From the IMG/VR virus record IMGVR_UViG_3300005264_001596: a stretch of 64,000 nucleotides of DNA; one strand, written 5' to 3'. Source of the DNA: an uncultured virus (IMG/VR IMGVR_UViG_3300005264_001596). Its lineage: Duplodnaviria; Heunggongvirae; Uroviricota; Caudoviricetes. This document shows positions 31,320 through 41,075 of the stretch, piece by piece. Each line of letters begins with the position of its first letter. Position 1 is the stretch's first letter. The notes below the pieces were generated by a model that was not told the DNA's origin, did not search any database, and worked only from the letters and a program-made list of their open reading frames with translations. Both the position numbers and the translations under genes were made by a program.

Positions 31320-33056
31320 ATGTTTGATATTAGCGAAATAGATGAAGACTTAGATATTAAATCTCCTATAAAAGTAAGTAAAAAAATTGATAAAATACCG
31401 ATTTCAATAGATTTAACAGAATTAGATTTAATATGTGCTTATGTTCTTAATACAGAAACTGCTTATATAACATACGCTACATTAAGTAATATTAAAAATT
31501 TATTTGATTTAATTGATATGAGATTTTATGAAACACATGAACCTAAGATGGCTAGAGTACATTTCATCAAAGAAGCATTAAAATTACGAATAGACGAGAA
31601 AATAGGACATAGAAAAGTTGTACAAAGTATGATTTTGAATAGAGTTCCTGGAAAATATCGTCATATTATTGATAATGATATTATGCCTGACGCAAAGAAT
31701 ATGATGTTATCTAAAGAAGAAATACGAGCTATAAATACATCTATTGTAGATTTACTAATTAACGGATATGTATTAAGATATAAAAATGATATTTTACGTA
31801 TAATTGAAAAAATAGAATCTGGTAATTATGATTATTTAAAGAACGTTAATAATGAGTTTGAAGTAGTTTTAAATAATTTACAAAATGAAATAAGAAATTC
31901 AAAAGCATACATTCATGAAAATACTGTTTTAACTTTAGACAATATGGAAAATGTTGTTACAGCAGCAGCAGAACGTCTTAAATCATCAAAAAATAAACTT
32001 AATGTTGGTATACAATATTGGAATAGAATGTTATCAAATGGATATGAAGCTTCTAGAGTTTATATTTATGCAGCATTAACAGGTATTGGTAAATCAAATA
32101 TATTATTAAATTCATTAGTTCAAATTAGAAATAATAATATGTTTATTAAAACTAAAGATCCAACTAAAAAACCAACTATATTATTTATAACTCAAGAAAA
32201 TAACTTAGATGAAACGATTGAAAGATTATTTAATATTACAGTTTGTACTGATGATATTAGAGATTTTACAAAAACTGAAATTGTTCATAAATTAAAAACT
32301 GAGGGTGGCTTCAAAATTGAAGATGGTAAAATGAATATTAATGTTAGATATTATGGTAACAGAGAAATATCTACTGGAGATATTTACGGTATTATAGAAG
32401 ATATTGAAAAAACAGGATATGAAGTTGTATCATTAATCCATGATTATATTTATAGAATTAGAAGTATGGAAAATCATAATGAATTTAGACTTGAGCTTGG
32501 TGCAGTTACTAACGAATTTGGTAATATAGCTAAGTTTTATGGAATTCCAGTAATAACTGCTACTCAGTTAACTAGAAAAGCTTCTGAAATATTACAAGAG
32601 GCTATATCACAAGGTAAACTTGATGTTACACAAATGATTGCTGATAATCATGTAGCTGAAGCTTGGTTGATGGTAAATAATACTGATGCATTAATAGCAG
32701 TTCATAAAGAATTTGATTTAGAAGGACAATCTTATTATGTATTTAAAAGATTAAAAATGAGAGGAAGACCATTACCAAATGATATACCATATTTTGCTCA
32801 TCCAATTGAAAATAATGGAATTAATTTAAAAGAAGATATGAATGGTGAAATATTATCAAAAGATTCGATTATGGCTACGACAAATGATATGTCAAATGCA
32901 ATAAATAATAAAACAAATGCTATTAAAATGCCTGTTGTTGATAACAAACCATTTAATCTTGATAATCTTATTAATTCTGATGATGTATCTATAGGATTTA
33001 AATTTAAATTTAATGTTGATTATTATAAACGAAAAATGGAAAGAGTAAAAAAATAG
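31320..33056 (+). CDS. dnaB: DnaB-like replicative helicase
   Basis: Walker A AALTGIGKS, FITQEN, IHDY, ITATQLTR. Confidence 0.85.
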   Translation: MFDISEIDEDLDIKSPIKVSKKIDKIPISIDLTELDLICAYVLNTETAYITYATLSNIKNLFDLIDMRFYETHEPKMARVHFIKEALKLRIDEKIGHRKVVQSMILNRVPGKYRHIIDNDIMPDAKNMMLSKEEIRAINTSIVDLLINGYVLRYKNDILRIIEKIESGNYDYLKNVNNEFEVVLNNLQNEIRNSKAYIHENTVLTLDNMENVVTAAAERLKSSKNKLNVGIQYWNRMLSNGYEASRVYIYAALTGIGKSNILLNSLVQIRNNNMFIKTKDPTKKPTILFITQENNLDETIERLFNITVCTDDIRDFTKTEIVHKLKTEGGFKIEDGKMNINVRYYGNREISTGDIYGIIEDIEKTGYEVVSLIHDYIYRIRSMENHNEFRLELGAVTNEFGNIAKFYGIPVITATQLTRKASEILQEAISQGKLDVTQMIADNHVAEAWLMVNNTDALIAVHKEFDLEGQSYYVFKRLKMRGRPLPNDIPYFAHPIENNGINLKEDMNGEILSKDSIMATTNDMSNAINNKTNAIKMPVVDNKPFNLDNLINSDDVSIGFKFKFNVDYYKRKMERVKK

Positions 33057-33076
33057 ATGGAGTAAATCTCCATCTA
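33054..33076. terminator. bidirectional terminator containing both convergent stop codons
   Basis: TAGATGGAG/CTCCATCTA stem. Confidence 0.75.
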
Positions 33077-33463
33077 TACATTTTTAGCAGGATATCTATT
33101 AATTATTGATTGATTAAATTCTAATATTTTATATAAGGTAGTACTTTCTGGATTTAATAATTTAATGTTCTTTTTATTAAACGCTGCAAAATTTTTCATA
33201 TTATTTAAAATTAATATTATATGAAAAAATTCTTGATTACCATAAACATCTTGTGCTAATAATCTGGGTTTATATTTATATTTTATAAATTCATCATCAG
33301 TTAAATTAATATTAACAGTTTCTTTAAGTAAATCAGGTATATAATCTAAATATATTGGTTTTAAAATATCATTACTATAAGTAGAAATATTATGATATGA
33401 TATTCCATTATCTAATCCATCATTTATTAAATCTTTTAAATATAATTTATCTTGAAGTGCCAT
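33074..33463 (-). CDS. LysM-like baseplate wedge protein (T4 gp53-like)
   Basis: YKYKPRLLAQDVYGN....IILILN pattern. Confidence 0.6.
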   Translation of the reverse strand: MALQDKLYLKDLINDGLDNGISYHNISTYSNDILKPIYLDYIPDLLKETVNINLTDDEFIKYKYKPRLLAQDVYGNQEFFHIILILNNMKNFAAFNKKNIKLLNPESTTLYKILEFNQSIINRYPAKNV

Positions 33464-33479
33464 ATATTAAAACTCCTTT

Positions 33480-33881
33480 CTATAATAATATTATTTTTGA
33501 ATCAGTTAATATATTAGTCTTACTAGGTTTTATGATTAATACTTTAGTTCCTGGAAATATATTCTTCTCAGGTATTACAGTTATCATAGAACCATAATAA
33601 TCTTTAATTTTAAGACTTTTTTCAATTGGAATTAATAATTTTAATGTAATAGAATCTAATGTTGTAATATTACTTGTATATGGTTTATCACTATTTAGAA
33701 ATATATTACTATTTATTGATTTGTTTTCAATTTTGTTAAATGAAGCCATATCTATACTCACTACACATTCAGTTATTGATGAGTGTAAATTTGAATAATC
33801 GCTTTTAATTGTACCATAAAATATATCAGGTAATTCTGCTATATTTTCATATAAGTCTAACATATAAATATTCACCTCCAT
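33480..33881 (-). CDS. hypothetical protein
   Basis: 133-aa ORF; AACA-N6-TA at 33901-33904 on the minus strand. Confidence 0.55.
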   Translation of the reverse strand: MEVNIYMLDLYENIAELPDIFYGTIKSDYSNLHSSITECVVSIDMASFNKIENKSINSNIFLNSDKPYTSNITTLDSITLKLLIPIEKSLKIKDYYGSMITVIPEKNIFPGTKVLIIKPSKTNILTDSKIILL

Positions 33882-33933
33882 GATAATATATTTATTAAAT
33901 TGTTCGTCTATAATAAAAGAAAGGAATAAAATA

Positions 33934-35100
33934 GTGAAATTGAATAAAGGTCAAAAAGAAGCAATTGAAATTGCAAAAGATTGGTGGAATAATTCTAATA
34001 GAAATTTATTCGAATTTAGTGGTGCACCTGGAACTGGTAAAAGTACAGTTGCAAAATATTTAGTTAAAGAATTAAATATAAAAAGACCACTTTATATGGC
34101 TCTAACTGGTAGTGCTGTAAAAGAACTTAGAAATAAAGGTAACTTTGCTAAAACTATTCATTCGTCTATTTATAATTATGAAAAATCTTTTATTCGAGAT
34201 GAAAATAATAAATTAATAATAAAAAATGGTTATCCTTTAACTAGAATAAAACCCATGTTAAAAACTGTTATGGATATGAAACCAGATGCAATTATTGTAG
34301 ATGAATGTAGAATGGTTCCTGAAAATATTGTTAATGATTTAAAATCATTTAATATACCTATTATTGCAATGGGCGATATAGATCAACTTCCACCTGTCAT
34401 TGGTAATGCTGGATTTTTCAAAAACGGTGTAGATTATAAATTAACAGAATATATGAGACAAGCATTAGACTCTGGTATTATTAAAGTATCTAAATTTATA
34501 AATGAAGGTGGTATACTTAAACCAGGTATGGATTTTGGTTCTGATGTTGAAATTATTAAAAAATCAATTATTAAACCTAGTATGCTTACTATCGCTGATA
34601 TGAATATAACAACAAGTAATAAATATAGAAAACGAATTAACGATGTATACAGAGAATATAAAGGTTATAAACCAGATATGATATATAAAGATGAAATATT
34701 AATATGTAGAAAGAATTCATGGAATGATGTATTAGATGATGGAACACCTTTAGTTAATGGTACTTTAGGTTATGTAAATAACCATCCAAATTTAAGTGAA
34801 TCCAATATTGATAAAAATGAATTTATATTAGATTTTCAACCATTTTATGCTAATGATTATTTTGATCAATTAACTATTGATTATAAACATATTATTACAT
34901 CAGGTAAAATTACAGATAAATATAATTATAGTTTACAAAAATTTGAATTTGGTTATGCAATCACTGTTCATTTATCTCAAGGTTCTGAATATGATTCAAT
35001 ATTTTATATTGATGATAAGATAGGTAATCCTGAATTTATGAAAAAATTAAGATATACTGCTATGACTAGAGCAAAGAAAAAATTAGGAATAGCTTTATAA
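33934..35100 (+). CDS. Dda/RecD-like SF1B helicase
   Basis: GAPGTGKS, VDECRM, GDIDQLPPV, YAITVHLSQGSEY, YTAMTRA; GTG start after AAGGA. Confidence 0.9.
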   Translation: MKLNKGQKEAIEIAKDWWNNSNRNLFEFSGAPGTGKSTVAKYLVKELNIKRPLYMALTGSAVKELRNKGNFAKTIHSSIYNYEKSFIRDENNKLIIKNGYPLTRIKPMLKTVMDMKPDAIIVDECRMVPENIVNDLKSFNIPIIAMGDIDQLPPVIGNAGFFKNGVDYKLTEYMRQALDSGIIKVSKFINEGGILKPGMDFGSDVEIIKKSIIKPSMLTIADMNITTSNKYRKRINDVYREYKGYKPDMIYKDEILICRKNSWNDVLDDGTPLVNGTLGYVNNHPNLSESNIDKNEFILDFQPFYANDYFDQLTIDYKHIITSGKITDKYNYSLQKFEFGYAITVHLSQGSEYDSIFYIDDKIGNPEFMKKLRYTAMTRAKKKLGIAL

Positions 35101-35265
35101 ATAAATATTAATATAACAACATATTACTGAATACAACTACAATATAATTATTCACTTATAATAAATGGGTATATATAATATAAGTGATATGATGGTATTA
35201 TAGCTATTGTATTATCTAGATAGTATAATAAATATTAATGAGAAGAAGAAAGAGGAGGATTTAAA

Positions 35266-35766
35266 ATGGGAAAAAAGTTTTCAACAAAACAACTTAAAAA
35301 AGAGTTAAAGCAATTAAGAAAGAAAGAAGAAGCAATACAAAGTATGTTATATGCTGGTTGTTTACATTACAGTGTAAAAAATGGAAAATCTTATATTAAA
35401 GATATTCATGATGAAAATGGTACTAAATATGGTACATGCTCTAAATGTGGACAAAAAGTTATTGCTGATAATTCAATTATCAATGATCCTGAAGAACTAA
35501 AAGAAACTGCTGATATCCTTAAAGCAAGAATTAATTTATCAGTACTTAATTCAAGAAAAGGCATTAAGAGATATAGAATGTCTGCTAAAGCTGAAGAAAA
35601 ATTGTTACAATTAGCTAATAATATTGATAAGGTTATTAGCAATGAGATTGATACTATAGAGTCTTATGGTGATATTGATTATTATGATTACAAAGATAAA
35701 AAGAACAGAAAGAAAAAAGGTAAGAAAAAGAAAAAAGGTAAGAATTCAGTTAAGTCAATATTCTAA
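35266..35766 (+). CDS. basic Zn-binding protein
   Basis: CLH...CSKC and a poly-Lys tail; early motif at 35166; terminator at 35797-35827. Confidence 0.65.
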   Translation: MGKKFSTKQLKKELKQLRKKEEAIQSMLYAGCLHYSVKNGKSYIKDIHDENGTKYGTCSKCGQKVIADNSIINDPEELKETADILKARINLSVLNSRKGIKRYRMSAKAEEKLLQLANNIDKVISNEIDTIESYGDIDYYDYKDKKNRKKKGKKKKKGKNSVKSIF

Positions 35767-35852
35767 CAATTTTCTTAGAAAAAATTATTATAACAAAATA
35801 GTAGGTGATTATATTTCACCTACTATTATTTTTTTGAGAGGAGAATAAAAGA

Positions 35853-38800
35853 ATGCCAAAAAAGAAGAATAAAAGAGAATATAAAGCAAGTGATATTGTT
35901 GTTATTTATGAAGATCGAGAACGAGTTAGACAGAGTTCCCATGTTTATGGTAGACGTGGATTAGGTGGTATAAAACATTTATTCACAGAATCTTTTGATA
36001 ATGCTATTGATGAGCATATTGTTACTGGTACACCAATATATGTTAGATTTAATGAGATAACTAAAGAAATTACTGTATCAGATAATGGTGGAGGAATACC
36101 TCATGAAAAATTAAGAGAATTAGCAGAGGTAATGAACTCTAGTGGTAAATATAATAATACTACTAAAAATGGTTCTGCTTATGTAACATCAGTTGGTCAA
36201 AATGGTATGGGTATGAAAGTTATAAACTTTTTATCAGACCATATGACATTAAGTTCTAAACGTGATGGTAAAGAGTTAAGTGCTAATTATATTGATGGTA
36301 AATTTGTAAAAAGTACTACAAAAAAATGTCCAAAAAAAGAACATGGTACAACAATAACATTTAGACCATCAGATAAATATTTTGATAATAAAGTTAAGAA
36401 ACTTACAATAAAACATCTGACTGATTTAATAGAAAAAAGATTATACGTAACAGGACCACAATTAAAGGTCTATGTTAATCATGTAAAACCAAATGGAAAA
36501 GAATCTGCAAAAATATATTCAGGTTACTCATTAGAAAAATATGTAACAAAATTATCTAAAAATAAATCTGCAAAAATATTTAATCTACAACTTAAAGGTG
36601 CTTCTGATGATTCTAATTTTCAAAAAGGTGAAGTTGTTTTTCAAATGAATGAAAATGGTACTAAAGAAAATATTGAGGGATATGCAAATACTCTTTATAC
36701 TAAAGATGGTGGAACCCATATAAATTCTGTAAGAAATGCTATAACTGATTTCTTTAGAAAAGAAACTAATAATAGAATGTCCCAACTTGAGAGTAAGCAT
36801 ATTAATATTAAAGCTGATGATGTTAGAAGTCTCATTGTTGCAGTAATATCAGTTAGATTAGTATCTCCTGAGTTTAAAGGACAAACCAAAGATGAATTAG
36901 AATCTAATATAGAAAAAGATCTTACTTCTTTAATAATTAAAGAATTGAAAAAATCTTTAAATGATAAAGAAATAAATAATATATGTAACATGATTAAACT
37001 TAATGCTAGAGCTAGAATTGAATCAACTAAAATTATCAAAAGAGTTAAGAAAGCTGATAGCATTAGTAAATTTTCAAAGAATAATATATCTAATTATATT
37101 CGTATATCTAAAGGTAGTAAATCTAAATTCACTGAGATATTTTTAACTGAAGGATTATCAGCTGGAGCTTCAATGGATAAAGCACGAGATGCTGATAGTC
37201 AAGCAATATATCAAATTCAAGGAAAACCAGTTAACTTTTTAAAGAAAAAGAAAATTCAAATTGTAAATAATAAATTAGTTCAAGAATTAAGTAAAATTTA
37301 TGGTATAGAACCATTCAGTGAAGACTTACCAGTATTTGATAGAATTAATATAGCAACAGATGCTGATATTGATGGTGACCACATGGGTGCTTCTCTTATG
37401 GTATTACATTATATAGTATTTCCAGGAGTTATTAAAAATCATATTCTTTATAAAATAAAATTACCTTTATATAAAATTGATAAGAAAAATCCAATTTATT
37501 TAATTAATGATGATGAACTTTCACATTATATAGGAAAAGAATTTATGAAAAAGAATTTGTTATATTTTAATAAATCAAAATTTAGTAAATCTGCCACAAT
37601 TAAATTTATTAATTCAAATATAAATTATACAAATTTAATAGACAAAGTAGCTAAAAAACATGCATCAGTTCCAGAAGTAATAGAACTAATTGCTTTTTGT
37701 TTGCATAATTATAAAGAAGATATACCTAAATGGAAAAAGGAATTTAAACCTAGATATCCTTATATAAATATTACAAATACTAAAAGTGGTATAGAAGTTG
37801 ATGGTATTGATAGTGCAACAAAAAATTATCAAATTATATTAGTGAATAAGAAATTTAAAAAAGATATAGAGCATATTATAGAAGTTATTATTGATAATTA
37901 TAATAAGATATTCGGTTATAAGATTAATAAAGACGGTGAAGATATATCTTTATATAAAGTAAACAAAAAAATAGCTAATACAATTGGTTCAGGTAATAAG
38001 GTTCGATTTAAAGGGTTATTGTAATAGCTCTTGACTTTTTAATTGCGGGGAACTGCTAACTAGATTAGCGGGATGAATAATCCTCTTTATAGGTCTTAAC
38101 TACTAACTTATCATAGTGATATAGATAAGGGCAAGGAGTAATTTCCAAGGTATAGTAAAAATGTTAAGAATAAAGACAATCCGCAGCCAAGTTACTTATT
38201 ATAATAAGTAAAAGGTTCAACGACTATCCCTTTCGAGGGAGTACAGAACAAGCTAAGGTTCTGGAAATGGAAGACCTATCGTAAGATAGAAGATATAGTC
38301 TAGCCTACATTGAGAATTGTAGAAGTTCATAAGAGAACTGCATTAGTAGTTGCGTACTAATGTGAATATATGCGTGGGTTTGTAAAATTGCCCATGACTT
38401 TTTAATTGCGGGGAACTGCTAACTAGATTAGCGGGAATTATATTCCTCTTTATAAGTCTTAACTACTAAACTATCATAGTAATATAGATAGTGGCAAGGA
38501 GTAACTTCCAAGGTATAGTAAAAAGGTTAAGAATAAAGACAATCCGCAGCCAAGCTTCTTATATAGAAGAAGGTTCAACGACTATCCCTTTCGAGGGAGT
38601 ACAACTCAAGCTAATGGAGTTGGAAATAGAAGACCACTTAATTAAGTGAAGATATAGTCTAGTCTGCATTGAGAAATGTAGAAGTTCATAAGAGAACTGC
38701 ATAAAGATTTGCGTCCTATATGTGAATGAATACGGAGATGGAGTCTGTAGATTTCCATAATACATCAATATTAAGAGAAAATAGAACATCTATCAAAATA

Positions 38801-38926
38801 CGATTAATGGATATTGAAAAAGCTAGAAATAGTATTAATTTACTTCATGGAGATAGTTGTCCATTGAAACAAGAATTTTTCCTTGAAGCATTAAAGACTT
38901 TTGATATAACACAAATAGATACTTAA
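35853..38926 (+). CDS. gyrB: type IIA topoisomerase subunit B, spliced: join(35853..38016,38375..38379,38735..38926), 786 aa
   Basis: ESFDNAIDE, DNGGGIP, GQNGMG, FKGQTK, TEGLSA, TDADIDGDH; splicing restores RFKGLGEM. Confidence 0.92.
38017..38374 (+). mobile_element. group I intron 1 in gyrB (358 nt, no ORF, IA-like)
   Basis: P AATTGCGGGGAA, Q AATCCGCAGC, R GTTCAACGACTA, S AAGATATAGTCT; exon AAGGGT pairs with IGS GCTCTT with a U.G pair at the splice site; ends in G. Confidence 0.92.
38375..38379 (+). other. gyrB: 5-nt micro-exon of gyrB (TGGGT)
   Basis: Needed to give GGG T|TG GGT|GAG ATG = G L G E M; pairs with the intron 2 IGS GCCCA. Confidence 0.88.
38380..38734 (+). mobile_element. group I intron 2 in gyrB (355 nt, no ORF)
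   Basis: Same P/Q/R/S elements; P1 TGGGT:GCCCA; terminal G followed by GAG ATG. Confidence 0.92.
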
Positions 38927-38929
38927 AAT

Positions 38930-38957
38930 ATATGACCTAGAATATTCTAGGTCATAT
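38930..38957 (+). terminator. terminator after the last gyrB exon
   Basis: ATATGACCTAGA/TCTAGGTCATAT. Confidence 0.7.
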
Positions 38958-38987
38958 TTAACTTATAAAATTGAGAGGAGTTTAAAT

Positions 38988-39176
38988 ATGTATTATTATA
39001 ATATTAGTATAAAATGGGTAGTTGAAGATGTTATAGAAAAACATCCATATTTAACAGATTATGAGGCAGCAAGAGTATTGGATTATGTATTAGAAAATCA
39101 TGATGCAAATGTAGGAATAAACTGGAGCGTTATAAATATTGCAGTATTAATATTATATCCAAATAATAAAAAATAG
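38988..39176 (+). CDS. small hypothetical protein
   Basis: GAGGAG RBS; 62 aa. Confidence 0.65.
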   Translation: MYYYNISIKWVVEDVIEKHPYLTDYEAARVLDYVLENHDANVGINWSVINIAVLILYPNNKK

Positions 39177-39191
39177 AGGAGGTTATACATT

Positions 39192-39791
39192 ATGAAATTA
39201 GATGATAAAAGAAGTTTTATTATAAGTAATAAAACTGGTAAAATTATTTCTAAAAAGAAATTAAGAAATACTAAATACCTAAAAAGTCTTAAAAATGATG
39301 ATAGTTATAAAGTATTTGCACATTTATCTAATGGTGTATATAAAACAATAACAATTAAATCATTACTTAAATTAATGAGATTGCGTAGTATAACAATTGA
39401 AAGACATTTTCAAATGGAAGATTATGATGAAGACGGTGAATTTATATGGAATTCTGTAATTTATCAAAAAACAGAATATGATACTATAGAATCATTACTT
39501 AGTTTTTATATTAGTGATACAATAGAAGTAGATTTTTGGAAACAGATTCAAACTTATGATAATATAAATGTAGAATATTTAGATTTTAAGATTAAGTATG
39601 AGAATGGTAAAAAACAAAAAATATATCATATGGAATTTAATGAAGATATTTTTAAATCTGAAAAAGAACCGTTATGTCTTAAATATTTCGGACATTTAAA
39701 ACCATATTATGGAGATTTAGATTTAAAAGCACGAGACGAAATGGATACATCATGGAAAAAAGTAAAAATGATATTTTCTGATGGAAAATAA
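39192..39791 (+). CDS. hypothetical protein
   Basis: GAGGAGG RBS. Confidence 0.65.
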   Translation: MKLDDKRSFIISNKTGKIISKKKLRNTKYLKSLKNDDSYKVFAHLSNGVYKTITIKSLLKLMRLRSITIERHFQMEDYDEDGEFIWNSVIYQKTEYDTIESLLSFYISDTIEVDFWKQIQTYDNINVEYLDFKIKYENGKKQKIYHMEFNEDIFKSEKEPLCLKYFGHLKPYYGDLDLKARDEMDTSWKKVKMIFSDGK

Positions 39792-39799
39792 ATAGAGGA

Positions 39800-40408
39800 G
39801 TGTATAAAAAAATGAATGATAAAAAAATTAAAGATGGTGTTTTAGGCGAATCTGTATTAGATGATACATCAATAATAACAGAATCAACATGTATTTTAAC
39901 TAATACTAAATCAACACAGCCAATGGAAAAAATAGCTGACACTAATTTAGTAAAAATATATGGGCTATATCCTCATCCAGTAACATTTATTCAACCAAAC
40001 ATAAAAGAAATAAAATTATCATCTGGAGTAGATTTAAAACTTTTACCAAATACAATATTCGTTACTGAGGAAATAAATATTCATGATAATAATTTAGAAC
40101 CTATTTTTAGAATAGCTGGTGGTATTCATTCTATGAATGGTGAAATAATATTCAATATCTCTGTTTTAAATTCAAATTATGGTTATATCCTGATAGATCC
40201 TAATTATGATCAAAATGAAATTAATGAATATTTAAAATCTGAATTTAAATATTTAGATATAGAAAATAATATAGCTATGTTTAAAAAGAAAAGAAATGAA
40301 AAAGGTGATGTTATTGATATAGATAAAAATAGTTATATGATTATATCACAACATAAAATTGCTTTATTTGGATATGTATTAAATACACCTAAAATTACAA
40401 TTATATAA
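39800..40408 (+). CDS. hypothetical protein
   Basis: GAGGAG RBS (true start may be ATG 39812); terminator at 40413-40434. Confidence 0.6.
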   Translation: MYKKMNDKKIKDGVLGESVLDDTSIITESTCILTNTKSTQPMEKIADTNLVKIYGLYPHPVTFIQPNIKEIKLSSGVDLKLLPNTIFVTEEINIHDNNLEPIFRIAGGIHSMNGEIIFNISVLNSNYGYILIDPNYDQNEINEYLKSEFKYLDIENNIAMFKKKRNEKGDVIDIDKNSYMIISQHKIALFGYVLNTPKITII

Positions 40409-40464
40409 TAATATAGCGGATATAATTCCGCTATTTTTTTTAACTTAAATAAGGAGCTTATATT

Positions 40465-40992
40465 ATGAAAAAATATAAAATTGGATTTCCAGTATTAATT
40501 AAAAATAAAATAGTTGATGATGCAATCATTGAAGTTTTAGATGATAGTAATATAATTACTTCAATTATTAGTGAAAAAAATAAAAGTATTTATAAAGAAG
40601 GACTTGATACAATTGTTGGAATGAATGCTTATAATTGTTTTATTCCTATTGAACCAACAGATGATATGCCTAATTGTTTAACTATTGGATACATAGAAAT
40701 AACTGATAGTGTGTATGGTTATGATTATAATGTAGCTAAAGTTAAAAATCTTAATAAACCATTAATTAAAATTACAGAGTTATCTGATGGTGATGTTTTT
40801 ATTGATGAAAAACGTTATTTCATTGGAGATTTATCAATAAATAAAATAGGTAATATTTTAGATATTTTTAAAGATATTACAAATGTTTCTGGTAAATCAT
40901 TAATCTCAAATTATGATAATATTAAAATTAAAAATATTGTTAACTCCAATACTAAATATTATAGAAAAATAATATTAAATAATCCTTTATAA
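40465..40992 (+). CDS. hypothetical protein
   Basis: AAGGAG RBS. Confidence 0.6.
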   Translation: MKKYKIGFPVLIKNKIVDDAIIEVLDDSNIITSIISEKNKSIYKEGLDTIVGMNAYNCFIPIEPTDDMPNCLTIGYIEITDSVYGYDYNVAKVKNLNKPLIKITELSDGDVFIDEKRYFIGDLSINKIGNILDIFKDITNVSGKSLISNYDNIKIKNIVNSNTKYYRKIILNNPL

Positions 40993-41075
40993 TTTTATGT
41001 AATGTATTAAACATATAAATGATTGAAGTATATATTATAAAATTAGAAGAATATATAGGAAGGGGATATAATATT

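Noticed and set aside
38017..38734. CRISPR array, tRNA cluster or assembly duplication
   Set aside because: No repeat-spacer pattern or cloverleaf. The copies differ by compensatory changes and have distinct exon-matched IGSs
38726..38926. Independent 66-aa gene (likewise 62008-62403)
   Set aside because: These are the last exons of gyrB and rpoB; their apparent starts lie inside introns
41019..41075. N-terminal extension of GyrA in the ORF track (similarly 33880-33933 and 29824-29877)
   Set aside because: Overlaps promoter motifs or lacks an RBS; better RBS-supported starts lie downstream
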